Part shown: positions 8,336-17,798 of the stretch, in pieces
How the letters are laid out: every line of letters starts with the position of its first letter
How positions within the stretch are numbered: the first letter of the stretch is position 1
Source of the DNA: an uncultured bacterium
GTDB taxonomy: Bacteria; Acidobacteriota; Thermoanaerobaculia; Multivoradales; JAHZIX01
Assembly (NCBI GenBank): GCA_965368975.1
Contig: CBDUPA010000005.1
Coordinates: 32,001-96,000, forward strand
DNA length: 64,000 bases
Reading direction: 5' to 3'
Position numbers and translations under genes: made by a program
Notes under the pieces: generated by a model
Database searches by the model: none
The model's input: only the letters and a program-made list of their open reading frames with translations
Told to the model about the DNA's origin: nothing

Positions 8336-11023
8336 TCAGTCCCAGGTCTCCGGAGCCGAGGTCAGTTTGAGCGTCGGTCCGAAGAAGAGCGAGTTGAGTA
8401 CGAGCTTCTGGGTACCGTACCAGAAGCCACGGAAACTCGGATTGTCCGCCAGCTGAATGACTGTGCCGCGGCCTTCCCGGCGGGCTCGGATCGCCGTTTG
8501 GCCGGACAGCCGCTCCAGGTTCTCCGCCGAGATGTAACCGCTCAGTCGCGGCGTCGCGGCGTAGATGCCGACGTTTTCGTAAGGGTTCTCACTCGGCGGC
8601 AGCAACTCGGCGTCGGTGCGAAAGACGGGCAGTTTTTCACGGCTGAAGCCGAAGGCGAGCGGATGCGTCAGGTCGAGGTGGGCCTCGAGGATGGTGCCGC
8701 TGATCAACTGCGCGGCTCGGTCGCGCTCATAGTCGACATAGCGTGGTCGCAGATTGCCGTTCGGCACGGCACGATCCTTTGGCTCCTCGCCCTCCATGCG
8801 CTCGCGCGGCACGGTGAACGGCGCCGGTTCTGGTGGATCCGGGTTGAGCAGCACGGCGTCCACCCAGCGGGCGGCGTCCTGCATGGCCACCAGCGTGCCA
8901 CCGCCACGTAGCCAGCGCTTCAGGGCTTCACGAATCGGTCGCGACACGGTTGCGTACCGGCCATCGACCATCAGAATGTGAGTGTAGCTGTCGAGATCGA
9001 TCCCGCTCATCCGGTCGCGTTCCACCAGCGAGACCGGGATCGAGAAGCGATGGTCGAGCAAGTGCCAGAGCTCGCCGGCTGCATACTGGGAGACGCCCGG
9101 ACCGACCACCAGCAGCACGCGCGGCAGCTGCAATGGCCGCAAGCTGGGGCTGCCGAGGTCGACCCCCTCGGGCGTCAGCCCGCTGGTCAGCGCGTGTACC
9201 TCGATGCCGTCGCGGCTGGCCAGTTCGCCGAGCAACTGCTCCAACGCATCGGCACGTCCGTTCTGCAGGCCGACCGGCAGCACGATGGCACCGAAGTCGA
9301 AGCGCTGCGATCCGTTCTGGGTTGCGGCGGTGAAGGAGCGTGTCGTGACACGAGCGCGGTAGCCGGCCTGCAACAGGGTATGCAGCGCGCGCGGTGCATA
9401 GTAGCCGTGCCAATCGAAGGCGTAGGCGACGGCCGGGGCAGCCGAAACCGGCGGCGGCTCCGGGAAGCGTGGTGCCCCGACCGCGGCGCCGAGCAGGCCG
9501 GCGGCGAAGGCTGGACGCGGCACGGCGCCGAAGTCGACGCCGAAAGCGAGCGGCAGCGTCCAGGTCGAGATATCGTAGAAGACGTCGTCTTCGAAGGTGG
9601 TCTGCACCTCGAACAGGGACTTCACCAACCGGTAGCCGACCTGCTCCACCGGCACGATGAACGCCTCTCCGGGTTCGAAGTGGCGCCCGTCGCCCAGCGT
9701 CACGGCCCGCTGCAGCCGGTGCACTTCCAGCCCGTGTCGGCGCAGCAAGTCCAGTAGGTGGTAGACGCGCACGGGGTCGTTGGGTTCGGCGAAGACATAC
9801 GCGGCCGTGCCGTCCTGGCGGGCGGCGTCGAGGCCGCTGGAGACGAACCAGCGCCGGTAGTCGACGAGCTCGCGCCGCTGATCGTGGACGCCCTCGAGCA
9901 GCGATAGCGAGGTCAGCACCTGGTTGTGGATCGCGGTCGGGAAGGCGAGCGGTCCGTTCGGCGTCTCGTGCAGGTGGCCGCGCGCGCTCGCCTGCTCGAA
10001 CAGCACGCCGACGGCGCCGTTGAGGTCAGGATAGGTCGAGCCCTTACCGGGGTAGAAGTCGTCGAAGGTCTCGCCCGTGTAGTAGAGCCGACGCTGGGCG
10101 TCGAGGGCCGCGGCGTGGAAGTTGGCGAGTGCGTGGGTGATCTGCTGGTTGCGCGCCGGGATCCGCGGGTTGATCCGCTCGGCGACACCGGGCTGGAAGA
10201 AGTACGTCGACGCCCGCCCCATCTCGTGGTAATCGCCGAGCACGTGCGGTCGCCAGCGCTGGAAGGTCGCGATGCGCGCCCGCGACTCTGGGTGTTGCAG
10301 CAAGAGCCAGTCGCGGTTCAGGTCGTACCAGTAGTGGTTGGTGCGGCCTGATGGCCAGCCTTGCACGTGCTCCCGGTGGTTCGGGTCACCCACAAGGACG
10401 CTGCCCTTGTGCATGTTTGCCCAAGTGGCAAAGCGTGCGCCACCGTCCGGATTCACCTGCGGATCGATCAGGATCACCGTCTCGCGCAGCAGGGCTTCGA
10501 TCTCTTCCCCCTGTGCCGCCGCCAGGTAGTACAGCACTGGCAGCCCCGCATTGGCCCCGCTCGCCTCGTCGCCGTGCACGCTGTAGACCAACCACGCCAC
10601 TGCCGGCAGTGCGTCGAGATCCTCGCCCGACGGCATCGGCATCGATGGGTCCCCGATCGCCAGATGCGCCTTGCGGATGTCCTCCAGCCGCGCGTGGTTG
10701 TCCGGATGCGTGATGGTCAGCAGCATGACCGGCCGCTGCTCGTGGGTCGCCCCCGTCACTTCCAGCGTCACTCGATCCGAGGCTGCTGCCACCGTTTCCG
10801 CGTAACGCTGGATCTGCTCCGGCCGCACGTGCCACTCGCCGACCTCGTAGCCGAGCACCGACTTCGGCGTCGGCATCGCGTCGTCGTAGGTTGTACCGGC
10901 TGGCAAGTAGTCGCGCAGGTCGAGCGCGGCGGCGGGAGGTGCTGGTGCGAGGAGCAGACCCGAGGCGGTGCAAAGCAGGAACAGCACTTGGGGCAGCAGT
11001 CGGGAGGGCAGTCGTCGAAGCAT
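8336..11023 (-). CDS. M14 family zinc carboxypeptidase, secreted
   Basis: Signal peptide; zinc motifs VHGDE, DLNRD, DYHEMG; C-terminal class I glutamine amidotransferase-like domain. Confidence 0.9.
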   Translation of the reverse strand: MLRRLPSRLLPQVLFLLCTASGLLLAPAPPAAALDLRDYLPAGTTYDDAMPTPKSVLGYEVGEWHVRPEQIQRYAETVAAASDRVTLEVTGATHEQRPVMLLTITHPDNHARLEDIRKAHLAIGDPSMPMPSGEDLDALPAVAWLVYSVHGDEASGANAGLPVLYYLAAAQGEEIEALLRETVILIDPQVNPDGGARFATWANMHKGSVLVGDPNHREHVQGWPSGRTNHYWYDLNRDWLLLQHPESRARIATFQRWRPHVLGDYHEMGRASTYFFQPGVAERINPRIPARNQQITHALANFHAAALDAQRRLYYTGETFDDFYPGKGSTYPDLNGAVGVLFEQASARGHLHETPNGPLAFPTAIHNQVLTSLSLLEGVHDQRRELVDYRRWFVSSGLDAARQDGTAAYVFAEPNDPVRVYHLLDLLRRHGLEVHRLQRAVTLGDGRHFEPGEAFIVPVEQVGYRLVKSLFEVQTTFEDDVFYDISTWTLPLAFGVDFGAVPRPAFAAGLLGAAVGAPRFPEPPPVSAAPAVAYAFDWHGYYAPRALHTLLQAGYRARVTTRSFTAATQNGSQRFDFGAIVLPVGLQNGRADALEQLLGELASRDGIEVHALTSGLTPEGVDLGSPSLRPLQLPRVLLVVGPGVSQYAAGELWHLLDHRFSIPVSLVERDRMSGIDLDSYTHILMVDGRYATVSRPIREALKRWLRGGGTLVAMQDAARWVDAVLLNPDPPEPAPFTVPRERMEGEEPKDRAVPNGNLRPRYVDYERDRAAQLISGTILEAHLDLTHPLAFGFSREKLPVFRTDAELLPPSENPYENVGIYAATPRLSGYISAENLERLSGQTAIRARREGRGTVIQLADNPSFRGFWYGTQKLVLNSLFFGPTLKLTSAPETWD

Positions 11024-11101
11024 GCGTTCTTCTTTCTTCTCCGGATGTGAGGCAGCTTAATCAGAGGCGAGCCTGTCAAAGGCAGTTCAGATCGAGAGCG
11101 G

Positions 11102-11659
11102 TCAGCGTGCGGTGTCGAGGGTGCGCTGGATCTGCGGAATGTGCTCGCGAGAATGGACGGCGATGCCGAGCGCAAAGGCCTTCCAGTCCAGGTGTTCTTT
11201 CCACTCGACCTGCTCGACACCGTTCTCCGTCTTCACTTTGAGCAGCATCGCAACGGGTACCTGGATCTCCGTCGGGGTCTGCTCGGCGGCGCCAGTGAGC
11301 AGGGAGCGGATGTCGTCGTGGATCTCCTTGAGTTGCCTTACCAGCTCGGGCCACGAAGTCGCGAACGGATCTGTCGACGTCAAGCCCGCCGGAATCGCGT
11401 CACCGGGATCGCCGCCCGTCAGCATGGCCCGTAGCTGGGTCACGGCTGGTCGGTGACTCTCGACCAGATGGTCGACGATTTCGTGGATCGACCACTTGCC
11501 CGGGCCGGGCTGGTGCAGAGCGGTATCGGTGTCTATGGGGGCCAGAACGGCTTCCAGCTCGGCGAGGCTCTTGTCGACGCGCTGGCGGAGTGCTGGGAGT
11601 GGGGAGTCTGTGCCTTTTCTTTGCAGGTAGGCAGCGGCCTGCCTTTGTTCTGGGTACAT
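11102..11659 (-). CDS. DinB family protein
   Basis: PGPGKWSIHEIVDHL and H-x3-H (HSREH..QI) DinB metal ligands. Confidence 0.85.
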   Translation of the reverse strand: MYPEQRQAAAYLQRKGTDSPLPALRQRVDKSLAELEAVLAPIDTDTALHQPGPGKWSIHEIVDHLVESHRPAVTQLRAMLTGGDPGDAIPAGLTSTDPFATSWPELVRQLKEIHDDIRSLLTGAAEQTPTEIQVPVAMLLKVKTENGVEQVEWKEHLDWKAFALGIAVHSREHIPQIQRTLDTAR

Positions 11660-11741
11660 ACTAGAAGTCTAGCACTGGGGGTGTCTCACTCCATCGTCAA
11701 GGCCGATGCCATCAGGTCGATGGCGTACCAGAGATTCGCCC

Positions 11742-14609
11742 TCACGGCGACACTCCGAGCTGTCCCAGAAGTCGCACGGCTTCGTCGCGGGCGACGCGGT
11801 AGCACCATTCTTCGGGGTCGCTGCCGGTCGCCAGCAAGTGTGCCTCGCGGGCGTGCAACTTGGCGCGGTCCGGGTCCCCCTGCTCGGTGGCGAAACGGGC
11901 CAGCATCAGGTGGACATCGGCCTGGCGTAGCACGTAGCTGCACTGCTCGGTGACGGCGAGGGCCTGGCGGGCCAGGTGTTCGGCAGCGGCAACCTGGGTA
12001 TCTTCCCAGCGCAGGCGGGCCAGCTCCAGTAGGCAGCCGGCTTCCGCGTGCTGGTGGCCGAGGGCGATGCTGTTGCGCAGTGCTTCGGTCAGGTTGCCTT
12101 CCGCGGCCTCGAGGTCGCCGCTACGGCGGTAGGCGATGCCGAGTAGGGCGCGGGCGCGGATGGAATCGTAGTGGGCCGGGAAGTACTCTGAGCTGATCGA
12201 GTCGGCGACCTCGAGCGCATGCTTGGCGGCGGTGATCGCTTCGGACACCGGCTGCAGGGACGCGGCGTGGTCGGTGAGAGCGAGGACGCGGGCTCGGCTC
12301 AGGCAGTAGAAGGCGCGGTGACTGTAGCCGATGCCGATCGCTTTGTCGCGCTCTTGTTGCTTGAACTCGCGCTGCGAGCGGGTCAAGAGCTGGTCGGCTT
12401 GTTCGAAACGGCCACGGTAGATGGCGATGCGGCCAAGTTCGCGCCGGGCCATCGAGGCGACGAAAGCCTGGTCGGTGGTCTCGCCCAGCTCGAGCAACCG
12501 CTGGAGGGTGACTTCGGTGACTTGGAGCTGGCCGAGGTCGAGCTGACTGACCGCCAGATTGGCCAGGGCGGCGGCCCGTGACTCCTGTGCTTCGGGGCTC
12601 GTATCCTCCAGTTGGTCGAGGAGAGAAATGGTGCGCAGGCGCAGGTCGAGAGCTTCGCGTGTACGGCCTTCGATACTGCGCCCCATGCCCAGGCCGGCCA
12701 TGGCATCAGCTTGGTCGAGCTTGGCATTCAGCCGTGGAGGTAGGGTGTCGCCGCCGGGGAAGAGGAGCAGTAGGGTTTCGGTCATCTGCCGTGGGTCGCC
12801 AATCTTGTAGTTGATGGGTTCGACGAGTTCTCCCATCAGTTGTTCGAAGGCATCCTCGAAATCGCCGGCGCGCACTCGGTGGACGTAGAGTTCCAGTCTC
12901 GCCTCGAGATCGCCGGCGGTCAGGACGGTCTCGGGCTGCGGGCCCTGGGCGTAGTAGCTCTGCAGCTGTCGGTGGATCTCGGAACGACGCTCGGTTGGAA
13001 TGCGACCGTAGACGTAGCGCCGAATGGCAACGGGCAGGTCGACCAGGGAAGATTGAGCCCCGCTGCGTGGGTGGTACTGAATGAGGCCACGGTTGACCAA
13101 TTCGTCGATGTGGAGCTGCTGGTCGTCCTCTTCGCCATGGATATCAAAGAGGACGTCGGTGGCGATCGTGCGACGGCAACAGGCGAGGGTATCGAGCAGG
13201 GAACGGGCGTGTGTCGGCAGCGTGTCGTGCGCTCGCTCCAGCAGTTGCTGCCGACGGTCCAGGGCGCGGCCGGTGACGTTGAGTCGGCGCAGCGCGGCGA
13301 TGTCTTTGGGGGTGCCGACATCGCAGCGCAGGATGCCGGTCAGCAGGCGCAAGCTCAGAGGGTGTTGGTTGTAAGCGGCGCCCGCGCGCAAGATCTCGCC
13401 GGTCGTTCCGTCGATCTCGCGGTCGCGGAAGTAGGCCGCGACATCCGCGTCAGCGAGGCCGCGCAGGCGGTAGTCGAGACAGCCGGGGGCCAGTTCCCCT
13501 TCGAGCGGATCGAGCCCAAGCGAATCAGCGTCTTCCATGCCGGCCAGGTCTGCGTCTTGGTCAGTGCTGCTCTCGGTGTCGCTGCAATGGCCGTGCACGG
13601 AGTCGAGGTCGAGGCCGCCGGGCAGTAGGCAGTCGGGTACCAATCGACTGGTCAGTAGAACACGCCCGGCGGAGTGCGCGTCGGCGGCGAGACGCTCCAG
13701 GAAGTGCCCCGTCAGCCGGCGGTTACAGCGGCTTGGTGGAGTCCCCTCGTCCTCGTCGAGTGGTGGCTCGGGCGGTGCCAGGAAGGTGGTGTCCAGGCGG
13801 CTGTCGGCTTCTAGCCAGCGTTCGAAGCCATCGAGGACGATCAGGCGGCCCGAGGCCTCCAGTGCCTGCAATAGCAGTTGCAGCTGGTCGGCGCGCGAGT
13901 GCTCGGCCACCTGCTCTGGTTCCATGTCGTGGAAGTAGCCAACGGCGTGGAAGAGAAAATCCTCGAAGCCGGTGTTGGCGCCGCAGCAGCTCCACCACAG
14001 GACCTTTGGCCATTCGATGGGGCGCACGTCGTGGTGTAGCCAATGCCAGACCAGGGAGCTCTTGCCGAAACCGGAGGCGGCACGCAGCAGCAGCACGGGC
14101 TCGCCACTGTCGGTCAGCCAGTGGCTTAGCAATTGGCGTTCGGCGACGCGGCCGGTGAAGCCCGGCGCGTCGACGAAGGGATGGCGCAACCACCAGCCGG
14201 CCCGGCTCGGTGGTCGCTGGCCGCGTAGCTCGGGAGCACCGAGCGCGTGCAGTAGGCGCCGCCAGTTGCGCCGGGTGTCGGCGAGCGGTCGCAGGTCGAT
14301 GTGGGTCAGGTGGCTGATGCGTGGCGGCAGTTCGCAAGTCTTGTGCAGCACTGGGATCAGTCGCTGCTCTCGCTGTGCACTGGGTAGCGTCTGCAGGATC
14401 AGGTTCTCGAGGTTCGGCCAGTCGTTGTTCAGGTAGGTGGGACTCAGCACCACGACGGTGTGCGGGCACTCGAGCAGAGCCTGCTCGGTAGCACCGCTGC
14501 CGACCAGAACGCTCAGGCCGGCACGCTGCAGCCTCGGTGCGAGCTGCTGTTCGACCCAGGTACGGTCGTCGGGGCTGTAGCTGAGGAAGACGTCTTGCAT
14601 CGGGGGCAT
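11742..14609 (-). CDS. TIR domain + STAND-type P-loop NTPase + TPR repeats (bacterial NLR-like protein)
   Basis: TIR box1 DVFLSYS, VVVLSPTYL, W-x2-LE, RLIPVL..CELP; FTGRVAE, Walker A AASGFGKSS, Walker B LIVLDGFER, VLLTSR, HPLSLRLL; long C-terminal TPR-like helices. Confidence 0.85.
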   Translation of the reverse strand: MPPMQDVFLSYSPDDRTWVEQQLAPRLQRAGLSVLVGSGATEQALLECPHTVVVLSPTYLNNDWPNLENLILQTLPSAQREQRLIPVLHKTCELPPRISHLTHIDLRPLADTRRNWRRLLHALGAPELRGQRPPSRAGWWLRHPFVDAPGFTGRVAERQLLSHWLTDSGEPVLLLRAASGFGKSSLVWHWLHHDVRPIEWPKVLWWSCCGANTGFEDFLFHAVGYFHDMEPEQVAEHSRADQLQLLLQALEASGRLIVLDGFERWLEADSRLDTTFLAPPEPPLDEDEGTPPSRCNRRLTGHFLERLAADAHSAGRVLLTSRLVPDCLLPGGLDLDSVHGHCSDTESSTDQDADLAGMEDADSLGLDPLEGELAPGCLDYRLRGLADADVAAYFRDREIDGTTGEILRAGAAYNQHPLSLRLLTGILRCDVGTPKDIAALRRLNVTGRALDRRQQLLERAHDTLPTHARSLLDTLACCRRTIATDVLFDIHGEEDDQQLHIDELVNRGLIQYHPRSGAQSSLVDLPVAIRRYVYGRIPTERRSEIHRQLQSYYAQGPQPETVLTAGDLEARLELYVHRVRAGDFEDAFEQLMGELVEPINYKIGDPRQMTETLLLLFPGGDTLPPRLNAKLDQADAMAGLGMGRSIEGRTREALDLRLRTISLLDQLEDTSPEAQESRAAALANLAVSQLDLGQLQVTEVTLQRLLELGETTDQAFVASMARRELGRIAIYRGRFEQADQLLTRSQREFKQQERDKAIGIGYSHRAFYCLSRARVLALTDHAASLQPVSEAITAAKHALEVADSISSEYFPAHYDSIRARALLGIAYRRSGDLEAAEGNLTEALRNSIALGHQHAEAGCLLELARLRWEDTQVAAAEHLARQALAVTEQCSYVLRQADVHLMLARFATEQGDPDRAKLHAREAHLLATGSDPEEWCYRVARDEAVRLLGQLGVSP

Positions 14610-14622
14610 CTGGGCTAGGACC

Positions 14623-16593
14623 TCAGCTCACACTGCTGTGCAGTGCCGCCAACTGGTGCCGGCACTGCTGGGCTTCCTGGGGGCGACCGCAACCTTCGTA
14701 GCATTGGGCCAGTTGGTCGAGGAGCCAGTGCAGGGTCCGTGGGTCGGAGATTGGCGGCCGGGTGTCATCGAGAGAATCGAGTGCTTGCAACAGTTCCAGG
14801 CACAGGGCTGGACTGTGCAACTGCTGGCGCAGGGCCGGTTGGAGGCGCTCTCGCAGCATCAGCAGGGCGTCGTCCAGGTGTCCGGCCCACAGTGTGTGGA
14901 AGTAGTGCTCGAGCGGCGACACGAGGTCGGTGAGGGTATGGACCTGCGCGGGTTCGGGAGGTGGCTCGAAGCGTTGGCGTAGGAGATCGTGCATTTCGGC
15001 TCTTTGGTGGGGAGGTACACGGTTGTAGACGTACGTGCGGACGGTTGGGTGAAGATGGAGCAATTTCTTCACTTGGTCAGCGTGAGCGAGGCCGCGGGCG
15101 AGCAGTTCTTGGACTGCGCCCTCGATGGCGGTTGGATGCTGTTCCTCGTTGAGTCGGTAGATCGATTCGAGATCGATGGCGCTGCGGAAACAGGCCAGCA
15201 TACCCAGCAGGTTGCGTGCGCTGGACGGCAGTGTGTCGTAGGCGCGTTCTAGGATGGTGTGGCGCAGCACGGCAGTGTCGCCCAGGTAGGTCAACCGGCG
15301 TGCCGCCGCGATGTCGCCCGGATGGCCGAGATCTTTGAGGATCAGGCCGGAGAGCAGGCGTAGGCTCAGCGGGTGCTCGCCCAGACTCTCGCAGGCGTTT
15401 TCGATGTCGCTGCGCGGGCCGCGCACGCCGCGTGTGAGCAGAAATCCGGCCGCATCCTTGCGCGACAGGCCGCCCAGTGGGTAATCCATGCAGCTCAGTG
15501 TTGCCTCGCCGGGGTAGTCCTCGTCTTCGAGGAAGCGCGGCAGCAGGCGTGATGTCGCCAGCACGCGGCTGCGCAGGTCTTGCCGCCCGATCAGCGCGGC
15601 CAGGAATCGCTCGACCAGGGGGTCGGCGCATTCGCGCAGCTCGGGATCCAGGCCGTCGCTGGCAGCTTCAGCATCGGTGCTGACGCTGTCGGTCGGGTGG
15701 GCCAGGAAGGCGGCGTCGAGCCGCGCTTGTCCCCGGAGCAGGCGTTCGAGGCCGTCGAGCACCAGAAGGCGTCCGGGACGCGTCAGCTCTTCGAGCAGCA
15801 GGTCGAGAAGCTGTTCGCTGTCGAGGGCCTCTCCGTCGGTGCCGCTGAGGTAGGCGAGCGCGTGCGCCAGGAAATCGGCGAAGCCTGTGTGTGTCTCGGA
15901 GAAGCTCCACCACACCACCTGAGGCCACGAGACGGGCCGCACGTCGTGCATCAACCAGTGCCAGGCCAGGGCGCTTTTGCCGAAGCCATCGGGGGCGCGC
16001 AGCAGCATCAGGTGCTCTTTGCCGCTGTTGAGCCAGACGCTGAGAAACTGGCGTTCCGCCACTCGGCCAGTGAAGTCGGGAGCGGTGTCGTACGGGTGAA
16101 CGAGGCGCCAGTCGGCGCGGATCGGTAGGAGTTTTTGTTCGGTGCCACCGCCGAGTGTACGCAACAGCTGGTACCAGCCGAGACGCAGGTCAGCAGAGGT
16201 GCGCAGATCGACGCAGGTCAGGTAGCGCAGGCGTAGCGGTAGCTGGCAGTCCTGGCGCAGCACGGGCACCAGCCGCTGCTCACGGCCGGCGATGTCCAGG
16301 TGCAACCGCATCTGGTGTTCCAGGTCACCCCAGGTGGAACTCTGCAGGTAGTCTGGAGTGAGGACGAGCAGGGTCTTCCGGCTCTGCGTCACACCCAGTG
16401 TTGCCAGGTCGTCGTCCGGATCGTCTTCCGCCATCGCCGCGGCCAGACTCTGGTCCTGCAGCAGCACTCGAAGCCGGGCCGCTTGGAGTTGCATCAGAAG
16501 CTCGTTCTGTACCCATTCGCGGTCACCCGGCCCGTAGCTGACGAAGACGTCATAGTCGAAACTGGCGTCCTGGTTGATCCCGTCCTTCATCAC
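14623..16593 (-). CDS. TIR domain + STAND-type NTPase, paralogue with only a short C-terminal helical region
   Basis: YDVFVSYG, LLVLTPDYL, WGDLE, RLVPVL..CQLP; FTGRVAE, APDGFGKSA, LLVLDGLER, VLATSR, HPLSLRLL; ends about 300 aa earlier than its neighbour. Confidence 0.85.
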   Translation of the reverse strand: MMKDGINQDASFDYDVFVSYGPGDREWVQNELLMQLQAARLRVLLQDQSLAAAMAEDDPDDDLATLGVTQSRKTLLVLTPDYLQSSTWGDLEHQMRLHLDIAGREQRLVPVLRQDCQLPLRLRYLTCVDLRTSADLRLGWYQLLRTLGGGTEQKLLPIRADWRLVHPYDTAPDFTGRVAERQFLSVWLNSGKEHLMLLRAPDGFGKSALAWHWLMHDVRPVSWPQVVWWSFSETHTGFADFLAHALAYLSGTDGEALDSEQLLDLLLEELTRPGRLLVLDGLERLLRGQARLDAAFLAHPTDSVSTDAEAASDGLDPELRECADPLVERFLAALIGRQDLRSRVLATSRLLPRFLEDEDYPGEATLSCMDYPLGGLSRKDAAGFLLTRGVRGPRSDIENACESLGEHPLSLRLLSGLILKDLGHPGDIAAARRLTYLGDTAVLRHTILERAYDTLPSSARNLLGMLACFRSAIDLESIYRLNEEQHPTAIEGAVQELLARGLAHADQVKKLLHLHPTVRTYVYNRVPPHQRAEMHDLLRQRFEPPPEPAQVHTLTDLVSPLEHYFHTLWAGHLDDALLMLRERLQPALRQQLHSPALCLELLQALDSLDDTRPPISDPRTLHWLLDQLAQCYEGCGRPQEAQQCRHQLAALHSSVS

Positions 16594-16746
16594 ACCGTCG
16601 CTCGCTGTTCAGGACCCTATAGCAGTGTATGGACTCAGTGTAATCGAATCGGAGCGGCCTTGGATACTCGCACGGACCAAAGCGCCCGGTTCGAAGCTGC
16701 CGGTCCGCCGGTGGCCGTTCAGAGGAGCCAATCTAGAGCAGCCACT

Positions 16747-17661
16747 TCAGAGCAGGGTGTCGGCCGACGGCAGTTCGAGGTCGGATACTTCACCCGTGTC
16801 GAGATCGAGACGATGAAGGCCGCGCTGGCTCGCGGCGTAGAGGCACCGCTGTGTCGCGCTGACGGCAAGGCCTCGCACTCCAGGGAGCGAGGCCAGGCGC
16901 CGAAGGGTTCCGTGCTCGGGATCGAGACAGTGGATTGTCGAACTGCCCGCATCGGCGACGCAGACTTGGTCGTCGAGGCAAGCAAGGGCGATGGGCTGGC
17001 GGATGGGGCCACCGGGAAAGACCAGCGCTTCGACCCGGGGTGTTTGCTCGAAGTCGAGCACCAGCACGGTGGCCGCGGTCTCGTCCGCCACGTAGACGCG
17101 CGAACCGTTTCCCGCCAGCGCCACCGGTCGGCGGAAAGCAGCGCGGTCGAGCGGGCCATCCAGGGATTCGTCTCGGCCGCTGCCGGCCAAGGGAGTCACG
17201 CGGTCGCTCACGAGGTGCCACACCTGGTGGCTGCCGGCTGGAGTGAAGAGCAAGATGCCGTCGAGCATCAGGACATCGGTCGGGTCGCACAGTGCTGTTT
17301 CGTGGGCGTTGCCAGCGCGCATCTTGACGCCTTCCTCGCCGGTTCCCGCGATCGTCTCGACGCAGCCGCCGATCAGGTCGATCGAGCGCAGCGTGTGCGA
17401 GCCGGCGTCGGCCACGAACAGGTGGTCCCCGCTCTGGGTCAAGCCGCTCGGGGTGTGCAGCCGCGCCTGGTGGCAGCTACCGTCGGTGCAGCCGGGCTCG
17501 CCGCACCCGAAGCGTCGGCGCACACGCCCGCGCCGGCCGTCGTCGGCCAGATCGATCTCCACCACCTGGTGCCGTTCGGGTACGGCGGCGAACAGGCGTT
17601 GGCCCGCGGAGTGGCTGTCGAGGGTCAGAGCAAGGGGCACAGCAGGAAAGGGAAGGTCCAT
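16747..17661 (-). CDS. NHL-repeat beta-propeller protein
   Basis: ARLHTPSGL..LFVADAGSHTLR, AGSHQVW, AGSGRDESLDG..AAFRRP motifs; start placed at ATG 17661 (alternative 17751). Confidence 0.75.
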   Translation of the reverse strand: MDLPFPAVPLALTLDSHSAGQRLFAAVPERHQVVEIDLADDGRRGRVRRRFGCGEPGCTDGSCHQARLHTPSGLTQSGDHLFVADAGSHTLRSIDLIGGCVETIAGTGEEGVKMRAGNAHETALCDPTDVLMLDGILLFTPAGSHQVWHLVSDRVTPLAGSGRDESLDGPLDRAAFRRPVALAGNGSRVYVADETAATVLVLDFEQTPRVEALVFPGGPIRQPIALACLDDQVCVADAGSSTIHCLDPEHGTLRRLASLPGVRGLAVSATQRCLYAASQRGLHRLDLDTGEVSDLELPSADTLL

Positions 17662-17798
17662 ATCGGCGTCATTGTACCGCTTGTCACGCCGAGAGTCCGG
17701 CGCCATTGTGCCGGCTCCGGCCGCCCTGGTAGGCTCGGCCACCGCATCCACTCTCGATCCTGACTTCAGGAGCGATCTCGACTCTAGGAGAATGCCGC

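Noticed and set aside
11742-16593. Degenerate Walker A in the TIR-STAND proteins
   Set aside because: AASGFGKS and APDGFGKS still fit the [AG]-x4-GK[ST] consensus, so there is no evidence of inactivation.
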